From positions 1-64,000 of the IMG/VR virus record IMGVR_UViG_3300048592_000962: DNA of 64,000 bases; one strand, 5' to 3'. Positions within the stretch are counted from its first letter, which is position 1. The number at the start of each line of letters is the position of its first letter. A program made the position numbers and the translations under genes. Origin of the DNA: a virus. The notes under the pieces are model-generated. The model worked only from the letters and a program-made list of their open reading frames with translations. It searched no databases and had not been told where the DNA came from. Positions 58,509 to 64,000 of this stretch are shown piece after piece.

Positions 58509-59290
58509 TTCGTCGTCGTATCGCTCGACCGGGCCAAGAGCTTCAGGCGAACGGAGCGTCCCCCTTGCGAGGCCGGGCGGCCATGGACACGCGCTTCGGC
58601 ACTGAGGTCGACCCGGACGAGGTCTCGGGTCGCGCCGGCAAGAGTGTCGAGGGCGCGATGGGCCGGTACGAAGTGTTCCACGCGAAATCGCCGCTTCGCG
58701 TGGTCGACCTCGAACACGATCTTCCGCGCGACTGGGTGTGCGTCGGCGAGTGCCTTGCGGTCATGTACCGCACCGACAAGTGGCACGAGGATGGCGACGA
58801 CGAGGACTACAAGCATCTGCACGATGAGGGGGACGATCGTCCGTACCGAGTCGGACGAGGCGTGAAGTTCTACGAACCGAAGACCGAGTGGGCGCGGTCT
58901 ACGATCGACGGGAAGCCTCGTCCCCGCAAGAACCCGCCCAAGAGTCAGCGCCTGCCCGTGGGCCTTCCCGAGGCGGTGACGCTGCTGGGGTATTGCCTTG
59001 GCTTCTTCGTTCGACTGCATCCCGAACACGCACCTCTTTCGGAGGCGGACTACAACGCCGCGATGGACTTGATGTCCGCTGCGAGCGCTGGAGACGAAGA
59101 CGCTCGGCAGATGCTCGACGAGATGGCTATCTACGAGGTGAACCCGCGTGGCTGCTGGCTGTTCTGTTCGCCCAAGGGAGACATGCTGACGGTCTACTCG
59201 CCGGACGAACAGCCGGACGGGTCGTCCGGGTTCCTCTGCGCGATGGCCGGTGGCAAGTTGCGAGTGCTGAAGGACGGGATCGACGGTTGA
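58505..59290 (+). CDS. Hypothetical protein
   Basis: YRTDKW..YKH.H; RKNP; ends GIDG. Confidence 0.6.
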   Translation: MIRRRIARPGQELQANGASPLRGRAAMDTRFGTEVDPDEVSGRAGKSVEGAMGRYEVFHAKSPLRVVDLEHDLPRDWVCVGECLAVMYRTDKWHEDGDDEDYKHLHDEGDDRPYRVGRGVKFYEPKTEWARSTIDGKPRPRKNPPKSQRLPVGLPEAVTLLGYCLGFFVRLHPEHAPLSEADYNAAMDLMSAASAGDEDARQMLDEMAIYEVNPRGCWLFCSPKGDMLTVYSPDEQPDGSSGFLCAMAGGKLRVLKDGIDG

Positions 59291-59293
59291 GTC

Positions 59294-59722
59294 ATGTGGC
59301 AGGCGTTCAACAACGTTCTTGAGAAGGGCGGCATCGTCGCCGCTCTTTTCTTTGTTGTGATCGCAGCCAGTGGCTTTGCGATCTGGTCCCTCTGGAAAAG
59401 CAGCAGAGAGCAGCAGAAAGAGTTTCTCGATAAAATCGAGAAGCTTACCGCGTCACATGACAAGGCCATCGCCGAACTCACGAAGGCGCATGCCGAGGCG
59501 GTTGAAGCGTTTTCACAAGAGGTTGGCGCTCAGATCGAGGCTGTCGTACTCAAGAACGACGAGCTTCAGAAGAGACTAGACGCCATTCAAGAGCGCCGCG
59601 TGGTGGACACGAAGGACAACGCGGAAAGGCTGATGTCGTACATCAAGCATTTTGACGCGTTCGTGCTGAAACTGGAGAGCGCGATCGACGTGCTTCTTCG
59701 CGCCGGTCGATCAGGAAGGTGA
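59294..59722 (+). CDS. TM plus coiled-coil protein (holin-like)
   Basis: N-terminal TM followed by a coiled coil. Confidence 0.45.
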   Translation: MWQAFNNVLEKGGIVAALFFVVIAASGFAIWSLWKSSREQQKEFLDKIEKLTASHDKAIAELTKAHAEAVEAFSQEVGAQIEAVVLKNDELQKRLDAIQERRVVDTKDNAERLMSYIKHFDAFVLKLESAIDVLLRAGRSGR

Positions 59723-59725
59723 GCC

Positions 59726-59965
59726 ATGTCCAGCGGATATCGTTTGGGGCGTGACGCGGCGGTAGAGGATCGAGTTGATCTTCGCGCGTCGGAGGGCGAC
59801 GAGACATCGGCGCTGGATGTCGAGCTGGAGCGAGCGCTGAGGCGGTCCAAGGAGAACATGGACCGGGTGGTCGCCAAGGCCGATCGTCTGCGACGCGAGC
59901 TACGAAGGCCGGACAGCTACCCGCAAATTCGCGCCGCTCTCACAAAAGAGAAACTTGGCGCTTGA
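59726..59965 (+). CDS. Small hypothetical protein
   Basis: 79 aa. Confidence 0.45.
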   Translation: MSSGYRLGRDAAVEDRVDLRASEGDETSALDVELERALRRSKENMDRVVAKADRLRRELRRPDSYPQIRAALTKEKLGA

Positions 59966-59991
59966 CTCCCTGGCGCGGGTCGTTCTAGGCT
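59962..59991 (+). promoter_or_regulatory. sigma70-type promoter of the core/capsid operon
   Basis: TTGACT-N18-TAGGCT. Confidence 0.5.
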
Positions 59992-60056
59992 CTTCCTCGA
60001 AGACCTGGGGCGCTCCTCCCCGCTGCTGATGCAGGTCGATAGGGAGCAGTGCGTCC

Positions 60057-62771
60057 GTGGGTCTGGCTTACAAGCGGAGTACGACCAAAACGGCCCGTGC
60101 CTACGAGCGATCGAGGGGCATGGAACCGAATGGTGGTCTTCGGCCGAATCCCGGCGTGACTGCGCTCATGACAGTCAATCCGCGACGTGGTCGTGGTCGC
60201 GTGCGTGAGAACCCGTTCCAGTGGATCGAGGGTCGAGGGCAGCGACATCGGCACGTTTCGAAGCCCTATGCGTCGCTGGATGCGGCTCGTGGGTGGAAGA
60301 AGCGGAGTCCGGCTACCAAGGCACGTCTTTACCCCGTCGATGAACGTGGGACGATCGTCTCGCGTCCCCTCAGCTCGAAACTCACAGGAAACAGAGGGAG
60401 TAGCAGCATGGCGTACAACATCGGTGCACTCCGAAGGGCGATGCGATCGAACCCCAGGGGTACGGGCTCGTCCATGTCCGAGCACGCCTCGACGGGCGGA
60501 GTGTCGGTGCGCTCGAACGGCCGCAAGCGTCGGAAGGCGTCGCGCAAGGCGAGCCGTCGTCGCGTCAGTCGCAACCCGAAGTACGTGGTGGTGAACCGCA
60601 AGCGACGCTCGCGCAAGGCGAGTCGTCGTCGGGTGACGCGCAACAGCCGTCGTCGCCGCAGCCGCCGGACTTCGGTGCGTCGGAACAGTCGTCGTCGTCG
60701 GAGTCGTCGCACGTCGATGCGTCGCAACAGCCGTCGTCGCCGCAGCCGCCGGACTTCGGTGCGTCGGAACAGCCGTCGTCGTCGGAGTCGTCGTCGGATC
60801 TCGCGCAACCGGTCGAGCCGGTCGAGCGCGTCGACGGCGGCGTACCGCAGCGGCTACGATCGGATCTTCGGCAAGAAGAAGAGGTCGTCCAAGCCCGCGT
60901 CGGCTCGCAAGACGTCGAAGAAGAGCGGACGGAAGTCGTCGCGCCCGATTCGCACGATCGAGATCGAGGAGACGGTCACCGAGATCAAGCCGCGTCGTCG
61001 CAAGTCTTCGCGGAAGTCCTCGCGGAAGTCGTCCGCTCGCAAGTCGAGCCGTCGGTCGTCCGCCAGGGGTCGTCGTTCGTCGAGGAAGAGCGGCCGTCGG
61101 TCGCGTCGTTCCTCGAAGAAGGGCGGCTACTACTTCGGTCGTCGTCGGGTCAGCAAGCGCGGGAAGGAGTACCTCGACAAGTACATCACCCGCGGCTACA
61201 TGCCCTCGGTCGCGCCGGTGTACCGCACGGGCAAGTCTCGTTCGGGTCGCCCCGCCGTCCTCGTGTACCCGCCGGGTACGGGTCACGGTCGTCTCTCCTC
61301 GCGGAAGGGTCGTGGTCACACGTCCAAGGGTCGCGGCAAGCGTCGCGTGAGCGCTCGGGCGTACGGCGCGAGCTTCTTCGGGGCGAGGAAGCGCCGCGTG
61401 ACGGCGAACCGCCGTCGGAGCCGTCGTCGCAGGAGCCGTCCGGGTCTCTACGCGAATCGTCGGCGGAGCCGTCGTCGCCGGAGCCGTCGGTCGAGTCTGC
61501 GTCCCAACCGTCGCAGGAGCCGTCGGAGCCGTCGTCGCCTGACCCGCAACCTGCTCACGACGAGCAAGGCGCGGTTCTCGGGTTCGGGCAAGAGCCGCAA
61601 GGGTCGCCCGACGGGCAAGACGTTCCAGGTGCTGATGTACGGTCCGAAGTCCAAGACCAAGAGCGGTCGGCGGATGTCGGGCTACCCGGTCTACGTTCCG
61701 GGTCACGTCGTGGAGCGTGGTGCGGTGCGTCGCTACCGGAAGCTCGGTGGTGCGGCTCTGGACGCACATCGTCGTGCGACCAGCGCGGGATACCGCGAGA
61801 GGAAGAAGTACCCGAAGCGTCGCGGCGTGACGCGGAACAGCCGCAGGAGCAGGAGGACCAGCATGCGTCGGAACCCCAGGTACGTGGTGGTCAATCGCCG
61901 CCGTCGCAGTCGTCGAAGCAGCCGCAAGGCACGGCTTCGCAGGAACCAGACGGTGTTCGGTGCCGACCTCACGCGCGACGTGCTCAAGCCGGTCGCCGGT
62001 GGCACGGCGGGCTTCGTGGCGGCTCGTCTGCTCTCCAACGGTCTCGCCAACGTCGAGATGCTTCGCGGCATCCTCGACAAGGACAAGAGCGCGGCGGAGG
62101 CGGGCAACACGAAGATCGCGGCGAACCTGCTCGGGATCGTGGCGACGCTCGGCCTGGCCCGGAAGGTCAAGGTCATCGGCGACAACCGCGGTGCCCTCGT
62201 CACGGGCATGGGTCTCGCGCTCGCCGATCGTCTGCTCGCGAAGTTCGCGGGTGACTCGGGCTACCTCTCGGGCTTCGGCGAGTACGTCTCGCAGCCGCTC
62301 GGGGAGTACGTCTCGCAGCCGCTCGGCGCCTACGTCTCGGACCCGTCGATGGGCGAGTACGTCGACCAGCCGCTCGGCGCCTTCGAGGCGGCGGCCGGCA
62401 TGGGCACGCTGTACGCGGCGGCCGGCTACCACGAGGGCATCGATCCCGCCGATCAGGGCTCGGTCGACGGTCTCATGGACGTCATGGAAGCGGCGGCCGG
62501 CATGGGCAGCCCGATGATGTACGCGACCGCGGGCATGGGCACGCTGTACGCAGCGGCCGGCATGGGCGCCGAGGCGGATGCGGAGCTTCAGGCGTACTAC
62601 GCCAGCCAGCAGCCGCCCTTCGTCTCGACGCAGACGCCCACCGATCTCGCGCGTCCCGTCACGCACGTGATGCCCCACGACAAGCGCGTTCCGACGTCGC
62701 TCGTCACGCCCGAGGGCAAGGGCTACGCGGGTGGTCTCTTCGCGCGCAACCTCTTCGCGGGGATGTTCTGA
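60057..62771 (+). CDS. Protamine-like Arg/Ser-rich protein with membrane domain (candidate core protein); alternative start at 60408
   Basis: About 600 aa of R/S/K-rich sequence with RRNSRRRRSRRTS repeats, then a hydrophobic domain, LSGFG, GEYVSQPL and AAAGMG repeats. Confidence 0.75.
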   Translation: MGLAYKRSTTKTARAYERSRGMEPNGGLRPNPGVTALMTVNPRRGRGRVRENPFQWIEGRGQRHRHVSKPYASLDAARGWKKRSPATKARLYPVDERGTIVSRPLSSKLTGNRGSSSMAYNIGALRRAMRSNPRGTGSSMSEHASTGGVSVRSNGRKRRKASRKASRRRVSRNPKYVVVNRKRRSRKASRRRVTRNSRRRRSRRTSVRRNSRRRRSRRTSMRRNSRRRRSRRTSVRRNSRRRRSRRRISRNRSSRSSASTAAYRSGYDRIFGKKKRSSKPASARKTSKKSGRKSSRPIRTIEIEETVTEIKPRRRKSSRKSSRKSSARKSSRRSSARGRRSSRKSGRRSRRSSKKGGYYFGRRRVSKRGKEYLDKYITRGYMPSVAPVYRTGKSRSGRPAVLVYPPGTGHGRLSSRKGRGHTSKGRGKRRVSARAYGASFFGARKRRVTANRRRSRRRRSRPGLYANRRRSRRRRSRRSSLRPNRRRSRRSRRRLTRNLLTTSKARFSGSGKSRKGRPTGKTFQVLMYGPKSKTKSGRRMSGYPVYVPGHVVERGAVRRYRKLGGAALDAHRRATSAGYRERKKYPKRRGVTRNSRRSRRTSMRRNPRYVVVNRRRRSRRSSRKARLRRNQTVFGADLTRDVLKPVAGGTAGFVAARLLSNGLANVEMLRGILDKDKSAAEAGNTKIAANLLGIVATLGLARKVKVIGDNRGALVTGMGLALADRLLAKFAGDSGYLSGFGEYVSQPLGEYVSQPLGAYVSDPSMGEYVDQPLGAFEAAAGMGTLYAAAGYHEGIDPADQGSVDGLMDVMEAAAGMGSPMMYATAGMGTLYAAAGMGAEADAELQAYYASQQPPFVSTQTPTDLARPVTHVMPHDKRVPTSLVTPEGKGYAGGLFARNLFAGMF

Positions 62772-62821
62772 GTCGAGGTCTCTGACCTCTCTCTGAGCAA
62801 ACCAGATTTCGGAGCAAGCAC

Positions 62822-63565
62822 ATGGCACGTCGTCGCAGGACTCGCCGAAGCTCGCGTCACATCCGCATGAACAGCCGTCGTCGGCGTCGTCGGAGCAGCC
62901 GCCTCTCGCTGAAGATGAACCGACTCGTTCGGAACATGTTCGGGGCGGACATCGCCAAGGACGTCGTGATCCCGGTTGCGGGCGGCGTCGTGGGCTTCGT
63001 CGCCGCTCGCTACCTCGGCAACATGCTGGCGGAGAAGGGGCTGATCAGCTCCGACCCTCGTGTCGGCAAGTCGCTCGCGGCGGCGGCAGGCATCCCGGCC
63101 ACCTTCTTCCTCGCGAAGAAGAGCCCGGTGGTGTCGCGCAACAGCAACATGATCGCGCTCGGCATGGGCCTGGCGGCGGCGGAGGGGTGGCTGCGAGACA
63201 TGCCTCTGCTCGGCGGCAGCCCGGCGGCGGCGGCGTTGACCACGCCGGCTCCGGCTCCGGCTCCGACGGGTGATGGCACGTCCGGCATCGGTGCCTACTA
63301 CAGCGCGCCGATGGCTGGTCTCGCCGACTACTACTCGGAGGGGATGCTCGGCGGTCTCGGGGCCGATCCGGGCAACCAGGGCGCGGTCGAGGACGTGATG
63401 GACGCGATGGAGTCCGTTTCGACGGTGACTCCGACGGACCTGGCGATGCCGGCTCCGAATCGTCCGGAGGTGGCTCCGATCGCCGAGCCGTTCGCGGCTG
63501 GCGACAAGGGGTACGCGGGCGGCTTGTTCGCGCGCAACCTCTTCTCGGGGATGTACGGATCCTGA
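62822..63565 (+). CDS. Shorter paralog of the core/membrane protein
   Basis: FGAD..DV..PVAGG..GFVAAR and C-terminal KGYAGGLFARNLF.GM are shared with 60057-62771. Confidence 0.75.
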   Translation: MARRRRTRRSSRHIRMNSRRRRRRSSRLSLKMNRLVRNMFGADIAKDVVIPVAGGVVGFVAARYLGNMLAEKGLISSDPRVGKSLAAAAGIPATFFLAKKSPVVSRNSNMIALGMGLAAAEGWLRDMPLLGGSPAAAALTTPAPAPAPTGDGTSGIGAYYSAPMAGLADYYSEGMLGGLGADPGNQGAVEDVMDAMESVSTVTPTDLAMPAPNRPEVAPIAEPFAAGDKGYAGGLFARNLFSGMYGS

Positions 63566-63571
63566 ACTTCT

Positions 63572-63735
63572 CGTACCCCGATAGCCGACGGGTGAAAGCC
63601 TCCTACCGCTGGGAGGTTTCGGGGTGCGGGACGGCCACTCAAGGTGAGTGGATCGTCTAAATCAGCGGGAAAGTCGCAGCGAGCGGATTGCGGCGAGAAC
63701 CCAGGGGAAGAAACCCAAAGGGAGCCCTGGGGGAA
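63572..63735 (+). promoter_or_regulatory. Multi-hairpin structured leader
   Basis: CGTACCCCGA/TCGGGGTGCG, CCACTCA/TGAGTGG, GTCGCAG/TTGCGGC, CCCAGGG/CCCTGGG. Confidence 0.55.
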
Positions 63736-63746
63736 GAAGGAAAGCA

Positions 63747-64000
63747 ATGCCGAAGATCGTGGGTACCAGGGAGCGCGTTCATCAGCCGTTCTACGATTCG
63801 CTCATCCGAGTCGATGGGTCGGGTGACCTTCGCCAGGGCAACGTCGGCGTGTTCGGCGCCGTTCAGAGCCGCAGCCAGCTCTTCGTTCGTCAGGGTGCCG
63901 ACGTCGCCGTCAGCAACCTCACGACCGGTGGCTTCTTCCCGTCGGATCAGACGTTCGTCACGCTCGCGGTTCGCGTGTGGACGTACTTCCGGTTCAACGT
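63747..64000 (+). CDS. Candidate major capsid protein (jelly-roll type), truncated by the window end
   Basis: AAGGA RBS; MPKIVGTRERVHQPFYDSL...SNLTTGGFFPSDQTFVTLAVRV is beta-rich and strongly codon-biased; follows the core genes and a structured leader. Confidence 0.5.
   Translation, partial: MPKIVGTRERVHQPFYDSLIRVDGSGDLRQGNVGVFGAVQSRSQLFVRQGADVAVSNLTTGGFFPSDQTFVTLAVRVWTYFRFN

Noticed and set aside
59985-62828. 947-aa minus-strand ORF (also 44631-47105(-), 17790-19244(+), 37286-38851(+) and similar)
   Set aside because: Antisense shadows of real high-GC genes; no motifs and against the operon direction

Overview
High-GC segment of a large bacterial virus genome; the host is probably Myxococcota (inference from the ANDN-type tmRNA tag and a DAG-repeat lipoprotein). 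There are two divergent arms separated by a ~1.1 kb non-coding, CTAG-rich gap (~42.4-43.6 kb). The minus arm (1-42.4 kb) carries beta-helix spike-like genes, a replication module (SF2 helicase-like protein, AEP primase, DEDDh exonuclease, intein-containing helicase, DUF669), a tmRNA, tRNA-Arg(UCU), ParB-like genes, a MoxR/VWA pair, a DNA methyltransferase, DUF932 and many small ORFs. It also carries a TIGR-Tas-type RNA-guided locus: a Nop-domain-only TasA-like gene with an inserted CxxCxGxG zinc finger, a 16-unit 36-nt dual-spacer array directly downstream, and a second 6-unit array ~4.2 kb away. The plus arm (43.6-64 kb) looks like the morphogenesis region of a membrane-containing virus; no terminase, portal or tail gene is recognisable in this window. 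It encodes a transglutaminase-like Cys protease, more than a dozen tail-anchored membrane proteins sharing Gly-rich (xxGxG) and Asn-plus-Arg-run motifs, a 904-aa protamine-like protein, and the truncated start of a candidate major capsid protein. All product calls come from motif recognition by eye; no database search was run.
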